From positions 1-45,658 of the forward strand of contig JACOTD010000075.1 in assembly GCA_016178535.1 (NCBI GenBank): DNA of 45,658 nt. Direction: 5' to 3'. This document shows positions 32,836 to 41,848 of this stretch, piece after piece. This DNA is from Candidatus Peregrinibacteria bacterium (GTDB taxonomy: Bacteria; Patescibacteriota; Gracilibacteria; Peribacterales; Peribacteraceae). The position numbers and the translations under genes were made by a program. Each line of letters begins with the position of its first letter. The first letter of the stretch is position 1. The notes below the pieces were generated by a model, which was not told the origin of the DNA, did not search any database, and saw nothing but the letters and a program-made list of their open reading frames with translations.

Positions 32836-32954
32836 GGCAGAGGGGGGAACGATTCGTATGCTACCCCTGGATTCCAGACAGGCAAGAGTGCATCGGAGTG
32901 GTTTTTTCGTAGAAATTCATGGAGGAGACGACTGTGATCATTGCGTCAAGCGAG

Positions 32955-32960
32955 TATACT
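32955..32960 (+). promoter_or_regulatory. -10-like TATACT, 6 nt upstream of the HEPN ATG at 32967
   Basis: GAGTATACTGCAACCATG. Supports 32967 rather than 32919 as the start. Confidence 0.35.
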
Positions 32961-32966
32961 GCAACC

Positions 32967-33344
32967 ATGTCACGAGACGAGGTCATTGCTCACTGGCGAA
33001 AAGGTGCCCGGCAAGCACTGGAACTCGCCGGTGCCGCACATGAACGTTGCATCTATTCCCTCGCTCTCTTCCATTGCAATCTTGCGGTTGAAAAAGCTCT
33101 CAAGGCGGCATTCATCAAGGATAATGACCAAGAGCCCCCGTACACGCACAACCTCGTCGCCGTTGCGCAGAAATTGAAGCGCCCATGGACCAAGGCGCAG
33201 CTCAATGAACTGGCCGAGCTCTCGAAGTACGCCGTCGCCGCGCGCTACGACGATCCTCTGTGGATGGAGCAGGAGGCCACCGCAGCAAAGTCGCAGTTCT
33301 GGATGGAAAAGGCGCGAATCTATTTCTCCCTCTTGGATGTATGA
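32967..33344 (+). CDS. HEPN domain protein
   Basis: ALFHCNLAVEKALKAAFI...THNLVAVAQKL...AARYDD pattern. The stop overlaps the next ATG as ATGA. Confidence 0.8.
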   Translation: MSRDEVIAHWRKGARQALELAGAAHERCIYSLALFHCNLAVEKALKAAFIKDNDQEPPYTHNLVAVAQKLKRPWTKAQLNELAELSKYAVAARYDDPLWMEQEATAAKSQFWMEKARIYFSLLDV

Positions 33345-33652
33345 ACAATCGCAAAGGCCTTTCCACGGCTCTCCGATTCAAGAATGCTCTTCTTCAGCAA
33401 GGATATCCCGTGGAGCAGGTTCTTCTCTTTGGATCGCATGCAAAGGGAACGCAGCGTCAGAAGAGCGATATCGACGTCGCCGTTATCTGTAAACCATTCC
33501 TGCCGACGCGAATGGATGAAATGGGAAAATTCTGGATTGTCGCGAGCGACGTTGACCTGCGCATCGAGCCGATTTGCCTCCACCCCGAAGACTTCGATGA
33601 GAAGTATTCAACGATTATTCAGGAGGTGAAAAGGACGGGCATTGCTGTGTAA
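33341..33652 (+). CDS. minimal nucleotidyltransferase (MNT)
   Basis: LLFGSHAKGTQRQKSDIDVAV (the GS-x9-D-x-D motif). 103 aa. Confidence 0.8.
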   Translation: MNNRKGLSTALRFKNALLQQGYPVEQVLLFGSHAKGTQRQKSDIDVAVICKPFLPTRMDEMGKFWIVASDVDLRIEPICLHPEDFDEKYSTIIQEVKRTGIAV

Positions 33653-33675
33653 AAAGAGAGCGCCGCTGGTCCGGA

Positions 33676-34848
33676 TCACTTCCGCACCCACGCCTCCACC
33701 GGCGCAGTTGGGAGCCTCTTCCACTCGATCGAATCCAAGGGCGGATCGCAGGGGCTCAGGCACACAACCGCCTGGGCCTCGGCCAGATGGTGAGGCGCGT
33801 AGTGACGCACGGGGACGGCGCTCTCGAATTCCCACTCGTGCCCGAACGAGCCGGCGATCATCAGGTCGCCTGTTTTCTGCTTCGTCGCGATGGCCCGCAT
33901 CGTCGCGCGCGCCGGGCCGGGAACGCGCGAGGGTGGGGAGAGGGAGGTGAGGATGCCGGCGGCGGCTGCGAAGCACGCCAGCAGCGGAAACGAATGAGGA
34001 TGGTGCCTCTCGGCGCAGAGGGAAGCGACTCCCGCGACGAAGAGCGGCGTGAAGAGCACGGCGTTGTACTCGCGCCGGGCGAAGAGGACGTAGAGCGTCG
34101 TAAGGAGGAACGCCGCGAGGAGCGAACGATCCCTCGACCGGAGGATTCCCCACGTTCCGACTGCGCTGATGAGGAGGCTCCCCCCGAGCATCCAATCGCG
34201 CGCGAAGTCCCATGCTCGCTGCGAGAGCAGGAGAGCTCCCGACGGATCGTGCACCAGGAAACTCGCGAGCGAGATCGGATTGCTGAGGGCGTAGAGCGCG
34301 AGGAGCAGGATCGGGACTCCGATGATGCAGGCGATCCGCTCCTTCGATCGGAGGAGCCTCCAGACGAGCGGCGTGTAGAGGACGGCTTGGTAGGCGGTGA
34401 AGAGCGACGTGAGCCAGAAGACAGCGATCCATCCACCGAAGCGCTCGAGGAGATCCCGCCGCGAGGCGAGCCAGAGGAGCACCAGCGCTTCCACTGCCGT
34501 GACGGGCGCGAGAACGATGCTCCCCGCCTGCAGCAGCACGCCGGTGGAGAGCAGCCACGCGCCGCAGGCAAGCATTCGATCGGGGAGGTGATGGTCGCGC
34601 GCCATGTCCCACACGAACCAGACGGATTGCGCGAGGAGCGATGCGAGGAGCACGCGCCAGAGCATCTCCTGGAAGGGAATGAACTCCGTGGAGTGGATGA
34701 TCCATCGCAGGAGCGGCGGATGCGGATAGGGAATATTGAGGAGATACTTCGCCTCGTCCGTGCGCACGCCCCCCAGCGCTTGCAGGTTCGCGAGGAGCAG
34801 GGCGTAGAGTTCGAGGAGAGCACTGATGATCAGGATCCGCTGGCGCAT
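33676..34848 (-). CDS. GT-C-type membrane glycosyltransferase (GT39/PMT- or ArnT-like)
   Basis: About 10 hydrophobic helices. First-loop motif GGVRTDEAKYLLNIPYPHPPL. Start at MRQRILII. Confidence 0.6.
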   Translation of the reverse strand: MRQRILIISALLELYALLLANLQALGGVRTDEAKYLLNIPYPHPPLLRWIIHSTEFIPFQEMLWRVLLASLLAQSVWFVWDMARDHHLPDRMLACGAWLLSTGVLLQAGSIVLAPVTAVEALVLLWLASRRDLLERFGGWIAVFWLTSLFTAYQAVLYTPLVWRLLRSKERIACIIGVPILLLALYALSNPISLASFLVHDPSGALLLSQRAWDFARDWMLGGSLLISAVGTWGILRSRDRSLLAAFLLTTLYVLFARREYNAVLFTPLFVAGVASLCAERHHPHSFPLLACFAAAAGILTSLSPPSRVPGPARATMRAIATKQKTGDLMIAGSFGHEWEFESAVPVRHYAPHHLAEAQAVVCLSPCDPPLDSIEWKRLPTAPVEAWVRK

Positions 34849-35144
34849 GGCTGGAGGATGTGGGAAGAGAGCATGAGGACGTAGCAAAGCGAAGGATCGC
34901 AGCCGCGGAGATGAGGCCGATACAGGAATCGGATCTGTGTGGAACTCACCTGGCGCAGATCGATATCGGAGAGGAGCCAGCCGTGCTCATGCGAAAGACG
35001 CTCAAGGGAGGATCGGACGTTCGCGCGCACGGAGGACGACGTGTAGAGCGGCAGGAGAAATCCGATGCGGATGAGAAGAAAAAACCCGATCACGCTGCAG
35101 AGCGCGACGAAGAGATGCCATTGGAAACGGAGAAGAAAGCACAT
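34830..35144 (-). CDS. small hypothetical membrane protein
   Basis: ATG at 35144 (MCFLLRFQWHLFVALCSVIGFFLLI...). Overlaps the downstream GT-C start by 19 nt. Confidence 0.4.
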   Translation of the reverse strand: MCFLLRFQWHLFVALCSVIGFFLLIRIGFLLPLYTSSSVRANVRSSLERLSHEHGWLLSDIDLRQVSSTQIRFLYRPHLRGCDPSLCYVLMLSSHILQPCASGS

Positions 35145-35195
35145 GATCGGATATCGGAATACTAGAGGACGGGAATGGAGAGGCAATGGAAGTCA

Positions 35196-35255
35196 CCCCT
35201 TTCTCCCCCGGAGAAAGGGGACGGGGGATAGAGGCAAACAAACAACCTACAAAAC
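35196..35255 (+). repeat. G-rich hairpin module (near-identical to the reverse complement of 1213-1272)
   Basis: CCCCTTTCTCC-CCC-GGAGAAAGGGG-ACGGGGGATAGAGG-CAAACAAACAACCTACAAAAC. Confidence 0.9.
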
Positions 35256-35256
35256 C

Positions 35257-36342
35257 CTACACCCTCCACGTGAACATCCTGCTCATCGTGTAATTCCAGA
35301 TCATGCCCACGAGCGCCCCGAGCGCGACGGCGGGGACGATGCCAAGGGAACGCGACAAGAGATGCGCCGTCACGGCGTAGTTCGCGAACGCACCGAAGAG
35401 GCAGGCGACGTTGTAGCGCAGGAAACCGAGGATGGCGCCGCCGCCCTCAAGCCGCACGGGCGCGACGGTCCAGACGTTGTTGAGCAGAAAGTTGAAGAGG
35501 ATTGCTCCTTCGATCCCGGCCAGCAACGGAACGGAGAGACCGAGGAAGCGCGCATCGAAAGCGATGAGCGTGGAGCACACGAGGTAGATGCCGAGATTGA
35601 CCGCCACCCCGAGCGCGCCGACGAGGCAGTACTTCACGAAGGTGAGCGGCACGTAGCGCCCGAGGCAGGCTTCGTACAGATACTCGAGGAATTCGATCTG
35701 CACTCTCCGCGAGAGCTTGCTTTCCCCGTGTCGGCGATTGGAGAACGTGAAGGGCACTTCGCGGACGGGTGTTGCGCGCGACACGTGCATCAGGAGATCG
35801 AGGAGGATCTTGAATCCCTTGGGGTTGAGACGAGGCAGGACTTCCTCGAACGTCGAGCGATGAATGGCGAAGAAGCCGCTCATGGGATCCTTCACGGTGA
35901 CCCTGCAGAGCCGGATCGCAAATGCAGTTGCGAAGCGGCTCATGACATGCCGCCGCTCGTCCCACTGCCCGATACTCCCGCCCTCCGCGTACCGTGACCC
36001 GATCGCAAGCCCGCCGTTCGTCGTGACGGCATGGGCGAGCTTCGGAAGAATCCCCATGTCGTGCTGACCGTCCGCATCCATCACCGCAAGCACATCGCCT
36101 TTCGCAGCCAGGAATCCCTCGATGACCGCGGAGGAGAGTCCTCTCCGCCCGATCCTCCGTAGAACGTGCACGTGAGCATCGTCCTTTGAAATCCCCCGTG
36201 CCGCTTTCCACGTCCGATCCGGAGAATCGTCGTCGACGATGATGATCTCGAAGGACATGCCGCCCAGCGCCCGCTCGATCTGGGGAACGAGCTCGGGGAG
36301 ATTCTGAGCCTCATTGTAGGTGGGGAGGATGAGGGAGAGCAC
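35257..36342 (-). CDS. polyprenyl-phosphate sugar synthase (Dpm1-like GT2) fused to a GtrA-like membrane domain
   Basis: Motifs LILPTYNEAQNL, IIIVDDDSPDRTW, MDADGQHD. Four C-terminal TM helices. GTG start at 36342 proposed; the only ATG (36483) would read through a repeat hairpin. Confidence 0.8.
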   Translation of the reverse strand: MLSLILPTYNEAQNLPELVPQIERALGGMSFEIIIVDDDSPDRTWKAARGISKDDAHVHVLRRIGRRGLSSAVIEGFLAAKGDVLAVMDADGQHDMGILPKLAHAVTTNGGLAIGSRYAEGGSIGQWDERRHVMSRFATAFAIRLCRVTVKDPMSGFFAIHRSTFEEVLPRLNPKGFKILLDLLMHVSRATPVREVPFTFSNRRHGESKLSRRVQIEFLEYLYEACLGRYVPLTFVKYCLVGALGVAVNLGIYLVCSTLIAFDARFLGLSVPLLAGIEGAILFNFLLNNVWTVAPVRLEGGGAILGFLRYNVACLFGAFANYAVTAHLLSRSLGIVPAVALGALVGMIWNYTMSRMFTWRV

Positions 36343-36390
36343 GGAAAGAGTGTAACAGGGATTGGATGAAAGCGGAGAGCCCGCTACGAT

Positions 36391-36495
36391 GAACGCGTTT
36401 CTGGTTTTTCGTTTTTCGTTTTCCTTGTCGATCGTGGAAAGAAACGAGAAACGCCTGCCCGTCGAAGTCGGAAAAACGAGCAACGAAAACGTTTC
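36391..36495. repeat. repeat hairpin (CGTTTTT / AAAAACG units) in a divergent spacer
   Basis: CGTTTCTGGTTTTTCGTTTTTCGTTTTCC ... GGAAAGAAACGAGAAACGC ... GGAAAAACGAGCAACGAAAACGTTTC. Confidence 0.8.
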
Positions 36496-36516
36496 TTCCC
36501 GTCCTCTTTCAGCCCA

Positions 36517-37431
36517 ATGCGAGTATTGGTTACAGGATCATCGGGGACCATCGGCACGCGGCTCTGCGAGAAGCTCCTTGAACGGGGGCAGCAAGTCTGC
36601 GGCGTCGATTGGGTTCCCAACAGGTGGCAGCAGACAGTGAACGCCGTGACGACGACGATCGATCTGCGCTCGTGGGAAGCGCTCGAGCGTTGGGACGCTC
36701 CGACGGACATCGACGCCATCGTCCACCTCGCGGCGAACGCGCGGGTCTACGAACTCGTGGAACATCCGAACCGGGCGCGGGACAATTTTTTGACGCTCTT
36801 TACTGTGCTCGAGTTCGCACGAGAACGCGGCATCAAACGTGTGCTCTTCGCCTCCTCGCGCGAGTGCTACGGCAATGCGGATTACGAGCGGTACACCGAA
36901 GATCTCGTGCGGGTGGAGAACTGCGAGAGCCCGTACACCGCGAGCAAGCTCGGGGGCGAGGCGTTCGTTCATGCGTACACGCGTTGCTACGGCATCGATC
37001 ACGTCCTCCTGCGCTTCTCAAACGTCTACGGAATGTACGACGATTCCAACCGCGTCATTCCCCTCTTCATCCGCCAGGCACGCGCGAACGAGCCGCTGAC
37101 GATCTTCGGAGAGGGAAAATGCCTCGATTTCACCCACATCGACGACACCGTCGCCGGGATCATCGCCGCTCTCGACCGCTTCGAGACGGCCAAGAACGAT
37201 ACGTACAACATCGCCTACGGCGAAGGAACGACGATTCTGAAACTCGCGGAAGATGTGATCCGCCTCACCGGAAGTTCCTCGACGATCGCAATGGAAGAAC
37301 CTCGCACCGGGGAAGTGATCCGTTACATCGCGGACATTTCCAAAGCGAAGCGGGTGCTTGGGTACGATCCCAAGGTTCCGTTCGAAGAAGGAATCAGGAA
37401 GACGGTGGAGTGGTATCAGCAACATTCGTAA
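36517..37431 (+). CDS. NAD-dependent epimerase/dehydratase (SDR)
   Basis: Motifs MRVLVTGSSGTIGTRL and the catalytic YTASK. 304 aa. Confidence 0.85.
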   Translation: MRVLVTGSSGTIGTRLCEKLLERGQQVCGVDWVPNRWQQTVNAVTTTIDLRSWEALERWDAPTDIDAIVHLAANARVYELVEHPNRARDNFLTLFTVLEFARERGIKRVLFASSRECYGNADYERYTEDLVRVENCESPYTASKLGGEAFVHAYTRCYGIDHVLLRFSNVYGMYDDSNRVIPLFIRQARANEPLTIFGEGKCLDFTHIDDTVAGIIAALDRFETAKNDTYNIAYGEGTTILKLAEDVIRLTGSSSTIAMEEPRTGEVIRYIADISKAKRVLGYDPKVPFEEGIRKTVEWYQQHS

Positions 37432-38788
37432 AGATCTCGACGAACGCGATAACGCCCCCCTCAATCAACAGCAACAACGGCGCGAGCAGCACGCGATGGA
37501 ACGATTCCTGGTTGTAGAGCCCACTGACTTCGCCGGTGCAAAAGAAGATGACGAACGCGAAGACCATCGCAAGGAGCCCCCAGAGGAGCGGAATCGGCAG
37601 CCGGGGGAGGATTTTCAGAAAACGGAGAGTGAAGAGAATCACGAGACAAAACGGAATGATGTACCACGCTATGCCGAAGGAGCCCTCGGTACCCATGTAA
37701 AAGAACCCCAGAGGAATCGCGGAGAAGTGGAATTCGAATCCTCTGTTATGCGGACTCAGGAGCATGTGGTGGAGCTTCACGAAGAGCGGCCAGGGCAGGG
37801 CGAAGAGGAAGAGCGGGAGAACCTGCCACGGGATCTTCCGGCGCTCGATCATCGAGGAGCCGAGCCACAGAAGGAACCAGAACCCGATGCCTTCGTAGAA
37901 CCCTTCAAGCTTGGTCCAGGCGGAGGCGATGACGAGCATTGCCGAGAGCGCGAGCGACGCGCAATCCTCCAGCCGTATCCCCCGCTCGAGCAGGAAGGCC
38001 GAGAGGAGGAAGTACTGGATCAGATGAATGTCACCGAAGCCCTGACCCAGATGCACGGTGACCAGCGGCACGCTCGTGAGGGCCGTGATCATGACGAGCG
38101 CGATGAAGGCGCCGTGATCGCGCCGCACGAGGAGGAAGAGCGCGAGAAAGCTCGAGAGGGAAAGGAGGAAGGTTGCTGCATTCGCGGCAGTATCGTGCCA
38201 TCCCCTGAGCGGGAGCATGAAGACGATCTGGAGGGCATGCAGGAGAATCGGGTACTGCGGCTTCACGACTCCTTCGGTCAGCAGAGTGCCAGCCGAGAGC
38301 ATTGCGCGCGAGCGGAGATTCCAATTGGAGACGGTGTCGATGTACGAACTTGGGAGAATCAACGCATGCGTGGAGGCAACGAAGAACGTCGCCGTGAGAG
38401 AAATCATACAAAGAGCAACGACGATCCATTGGAAAGATGACCATGAAATCCCTGAAAATATTGTTATCCCCCGAGGAGCGGGCATACTTGCCCGCGGAGC
38501 CTGCCCAGAGAAACATTCCGATCGATCCTCTCGATTTCTCTGACCCATCCACAACCAAACGACCAACATCCCCACAAGCAAAGCGTGTCCCATCCCGATC
38601 GTCCCCGCATTCCACCGCAATCCACTCGCGTCGATCGCGAAGAAGAGCAGGGCATTCAGCAGAGCGGCGATGGGGTAGCCCAGCGCAAGGGAGATTGCCC
38701 TCTCGAGACGAGGAAACGCGATGCGCAGGAAGAGCGTTCCTTCCAGAATGAGCAGCATCGCCGTGAGGCAGAAGAGAAGGACAGACAT
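37394..38788 (-). CDS. polytopic membrane protein (glycan polymerase/ligase or GT-C-like, unassigned)
   Basis: 464 aa from the ATG at 38788 ([12 protein letters not shown]), overlapping the upstream stop as TGATG. More than 10 hydrophobic helices. Contains an in-frame copy of the GCGGGCA element. Confidence 0.65.
   Translation of the reverse strand: MSVLLFCLTAMLLILEGTLFLRIAFPRLERAISLALGYPIAALLNALLFFAIDASGLRWNAGTIGMGHALLVGMLVVWLWMGQRNREDRSECFSGQAPRASMPAPRGITIFSGISWSSFQWIVVALCMISLTATFFVASTHALILPSSYIDTVSNWNLRSRAMLSAGTLLTEGVVKPQYPILLHALQIVFMLPLRGWHDTAANAATFLLSLSSFLALFLLVRRDHGAFIALVMITALTSVPLVTVHLGQGFGDIHLIQYFLLSAFLLERGIRLEDCASLALSAMLVIASAWTKLEGFYEGIGFWFLLWLGSSMIERRKIPWQVLPLFLFALPWPLFVKLHHMLLSPHNRGFEFHFSAIPLGFFYMGTEGSFGIAWYIIPFCLVILFTLRFLKILPRLPIPLLWGLLAMVFAFVIFFCTGEVSGLYNQESFHRVLLAPLLLLIEGGVIAFVEIFTNVADTTPPSS
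38454..38510 (-). repeat. GCGGGCA-AGTA-TGCCCGC hairpin element, copy C, in frame inside a CDS
   Basis: The reverse complement reads CTCTGGGCAGGCTCCGCGGGCAAGTATGCCCGCTCCTCGGGGGATAACAATATTTTC. Translated as SGQAPRASMPAPRGITIF. Confidence 0.85.
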
Positions 38789-40026
38789 CAGCGTGACGGG
38801 GAGAAGCGGACGAGGACGCCGCCGTGCGGGAAGGTCTGGAGAATCGTCCCGGGACGATGGAGACCGTCGCAGACGAACTCCCCGCGATAGAACTGCCACT
38901 CGTGCAGAGTCGCGATGGCGAATGCGGCGCGCCGCCATACCTGCTCGGAGGGAAACGCATCCGCGGGGAAGAGAAGGTAACGGAGGATCTTCGCCTCGAC
39001 GCCGTGATTGCGTCCGCACACCGCGGCCACCGTGCCGGGAGTGAGAGTCGCCTGTGAACGGAGCGCATCCGCGGCGAGATAGACATCTCCCGTTCCTCCG
39101 TAGACGTGTTCCGTTTCCCATCGCTGCACCTGGACAAGTGACGATGCAAAAGCATCCGGCAGAAAACGCAGTTGGTAGAGCCCGAGGAAGATGATCGTAA
39201 CCAACAGGAAATGTCTGAGCGCGCCCGCTTGTGGTGAGCCTGGCCGAACCATCCACGGGTGCGCCTTGAACGGGTGCGGCCATTGTTGCAATGATGATCG
39301 CGACCCCTGCCCAGAGGAATTTCCCGAATGATGTTCCCGAATGGATTTCCACAGCATCAAAAGATCAACCACCGCCACAAGAACCGCCATCGCGACGAAT
39401 CCCACCCCCAGAATGAACGCCAAGGACATCCCGCCGACGACATACCCCCGCAGCACGCTCTGGGACGACACCTGCCACGGCTCGCTTCTGCGAAGTTGGA
39501 CAAGCATCGACCATGCGCGATCGGCGAGATTCCCCCGGTCCTCCACCGCAATCGTCCGGAGGTTCACCGGCTGATCTCCGCGCTGGAACAGATACAGAAC
39601 GGCCCCCGCGCCGCGCGGTTTCCATCCGGGAAGGGCGCGCAACGAGAGCACGGCTTCTTGGTTTGTCCCGGGGGGGAGGACGCTCACGAGGAGATTCGCA
39701 TCGTTGTAGCCTTGCGCAAGGGCGGCATCCGCGACGGCGTAGAGGACGGGAACGGGGAGGGCGGCGGAGTAGCGGATGCGCAGCTGCGTTCCGGGGAGGG
39801 GCAGAACCTCATGACGTGACTGAGTGTCTTGATGCGCAGAGGGATGCAGGACGCGCTCGACAAGAGTCGTGACCTGTTCGCCGCTCGTGACGATCGTCGA
39901 TGGAACCTCCCGCGGATCGGGCGGCGTGCGCAGCAAGAACATCACGAGCGTTGCCGCCCCCAGGCACAGAACCAAGACCGAGAACACGAGGATGGACCGC
40001 CGAGCGCGTGAAGAGGATGTCATCAT
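38788..40026 (-). CDS. hypothetical membrane protein
   Basis: 412 aa. N-terminal TM helix ([21 protein letters not shown]), a central TM helix ([21 protein letters not shown]) and one more. ATGA overlap with the upstream gene. Confidence 0.6.
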   Translation of the reverse strand: MMTSSSRARRSILVFSVLVLCLGAATLVMFLLRTPPDPREVPSTIVTSGEQVTTLVERVLHPSAHQDTQSRHEVLPLPGTQLRIRYSAALPVPVLYAVADAALAQGYNDANLLVSVLPPGTNQEAVLSLRALPGWKPRGAGAVLYLFQRGDQPVNLRTIAVEDRGNLADRAWSMLVQLRRSEPWQVSSQSVLRGYVVGGMSLAFILGVGFVAMAVLVAVVDLLMLWKSIREHHSGNSSGQGSRSSLQQWPHPFKAHPWMVRPGSPQAGALRHFLLVTIIFLGLYQLRFLPDAFASSLVQVQRWETEHVYGGTGDVYLAADALRSQATLTPGTVAAVCGRNHGVEAKILRYLLFPADAFPSEQVWRRAAFAIATLHEWQFYRGEFVCDGLHRPGTILQTFPHGGVLVRFSPSR

Positions 40027-41732
40027 GCGGACTTTCCCTCATGGTAATCCATCTCGAGGTTGACCTCCCACAGATTGGACTTGTCGCTGCGACCGGCAAT
40101 GATATTGTCCACCGCCGTCATCGCCGTGAGCATGCTGTGATCCTGATTGTTGTACCGGTGCATGCCGTTTCTGCCGATGAGGAAGAGATTGGGAACGGTC
40201 TCGACGAAATCCCGCACCACGCCGATCTGCTCGTAGCTGCCGATGTAGGCGGGGTAGGCCTTGGGCATGCGCAGCACACAGGCATCGAGGACGTCTGAGC
40301 GGCGCAGGAATCCGATCGTCTCCATCTCACGAATCCCGAGCTGAATGATCTCCCGATCGGGCTGCACCCACAGATCGCCGCCCTCGTTGACGAAGTACTC
40401 GAGCCCGATCCACACGGTGTTCCTGCGATCGGCGACCATGTACGGGCTCCAGTTGTTGAAAATCTGCACTCTCCCCACGCGCACCCCTCCGTCCTGGATG
40501 TAGATCCAATTATCCGGCACGCGCGCGGCAGGATTCTTCCCCTTCTCCCGCACGTGGAGGCTCTTCACGAGCAAACCGACGGTGAGGAAATCGCGGTAGT
40601 GGAGACCCTCGGCCACCTCCACGACGCGCGAGGGCGGATGCGGGCGCATCATCCCGATCAGGTGCTTGATCGGCATCGTGGAGAAGAAGAAGTCACAGGG
40701 AACCCGTTCGATCTCGCCCGTGTCGGCATTCTCGATCTCGACGCTCGTCACGCGACCGGCTGTCAGGTGCACGCCGCTGACCCTCCGCCGCATCCGGACT
40801 TCTCCGCCGCATTTCCGGATGTGGTCGGTCACCGTCTCCCACATCTGTCCCGGCCCGAACTTGGGATAGTGGAACCGCGTGATGAGGCTCGTCTCGCGCT
40901 CCTGCTGCGCCTTCTGAAAATCGCTGCTGAGGAGATCTTTGACCGCATGGACGATAGCCCGCTTGAGCGAGAGGCCTTTGATCCGCTGCGCGCCCCAGTC
41001 CGCGCGGATCTGATCGCACGGCACGCCCCACACCTTCTCCGTGTAGTCCTTGAAGAACGTCTCGTAGAGGCGCACGCCGAAGCGGTTGGTGAAGAAGGCA
41101 TCGAGGTACGTTTCGTCGCGGATGGGAAACATCTGCGCCTTCACGTAACTCAGACCGATGAGGAAGGTGTTGAGGAGTCCGAGCCTGCGCGCGACCGTCA
41201 GCGTGATGCCGATGGGGTACGGGAAGAAGTGCCGACGGTAGAAGATGCGCGAAAGACGGGGACGTTGGAGCATGACGGCATCCTCTTTTCCGGGATCGGG
41301 GGCATTTCTCTTGATTGCAGGTGACAATGAATGAGTTACGAATTCCGATTTACGAGTTACGAATTGGTCCGGCTTTCGTAATTCGTAACTCGTAACTCGT
41401 AATTCCTCAGGGATGCATTCTTTACACAAATACTCCACAGTCACCTCCGCCACATACTCAATCTCATGTCCTTTCTCCGCCGTATCCGCCGAAGGTGAAC
41501 CTTGCGGAGGGAGGATGTTGAACCACCACTGCATCACGCGTTCGCTCTTGCTGAAGAACCGATGCCCCCCGATGTCGATGCGGTTGCCCTTGTAGTTGAA
41601 GGTCTGCGCGATCCCGCCGATCGCGGCTGTCTCCTCCAGCACGATCGGATGGATGTCCGTACGCTTGAGGAGTTCGTAGGCGGCGGTGAGGCCGGCGGGG
41701 CCGGCCCCTGCGATGATGGCAATTTTTTTCAT
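40023..41732 (-). CDS. FAD/NAD(P)-binding oxidoreductase (amine-oxidase / UDP-galactopyranose-mutase-like fold)
   Basis: N-terminal [20 protein letters not shown]...LEETAAIGG dinucleotide fold. C-terminal [14 protein letters not shown]. Contains an in-frame hairpin insertion. Confidence 0.8.
   Translation of the reverse strand: MKKIAIIAGAGPAGLTAAYELLKRTDIHPIVLEETAAIGGIAQTFNYKGNRIDIGGHRFFSKSERVMQWWFNILPPQGSPSADTAEKGHEIEYVAEVTVEYLCKECIPEELRVTSYELRKPDQFVTRKSEFVTHSLSPAIKRNAPDPGKEDAVMLQRPRLSRIFYRRHFFPYPIGITLTVARRLGLLNTFLIGLSYVKAQMFPIRDETYLDAFFTNRFGVRLYETFFKDYTEKVWGVPCDQIRADWGAQRIKGLSLKRAIVHAVKDLLSSDFQKAQQERETSLITRFHYPKFGPGQMWETVTDHIRKCGGEVRMRRRVSGVHLTAGRVTSVEIENADTGEIERVPCDFFFSTMPIKHLIGMMRPHPPSRVVEVAEGLHYRDFLTVGLLVKSLHVREKGKNPAARVPDNWIYIQDGGVRVGRVQIFNNWSPYMVADRRNTVWIGLEYFVNEGGDLWVQPDREIIQLGIREMETIGFLRRSDVLDACVLRMPKAYPAYIGSYEQIGVVRDFVETVPNLFLIGRNGMHRYNNQDHSMLTAMTAVDNIIAGRSDKSNLWEVNLEMDYHEGKSA
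41329..41406. repeat. heptad-repeat hairpin embedded in frame in the FAD oxidoreductase gene
   Basis: GAATGAGTTACGAATTCCGATTTACGAGTTACGAATTGG - TCCGGCT - TTCGTAATTCGTAACTCGTAACTCGTAATTCC. The sense strand encodes [27 protein letters not shown]. Confidence 0.85.
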
Positions 41733-41822
41733 GGAAAATCGGAAGCAATGGTACAGGGAAATGTCCAAACAGTCGCAACGGGAAGCTCCCTTCAATCGTC
41801 AGAAAAATTGTGGAATCGTGGA

Positions 41823-41839
41823 GCGCCCCTTCGGGGCGC
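41823..41839. other. GC-rich hairpin with a UUCG-type loop in the gmd-oxidoreductase spacer
   Basis: GCGCCCC-TTC-GGGGCGC (C-UUCG-G on the + strand). Confidence 0.5.
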
Positions 41840-41848
41840 GTTCCTGGT

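Noticed and set aside
37394-39352. Single 652-aa ORF
   Set aside because: Its N-terminal 188 codons are Arg/Pro/Gly-rich and overlap the well-formed 38788-40026 gene in another frame. The hydrophobic protein begins at the ATG at 38788, which overlaps the upstream stop.
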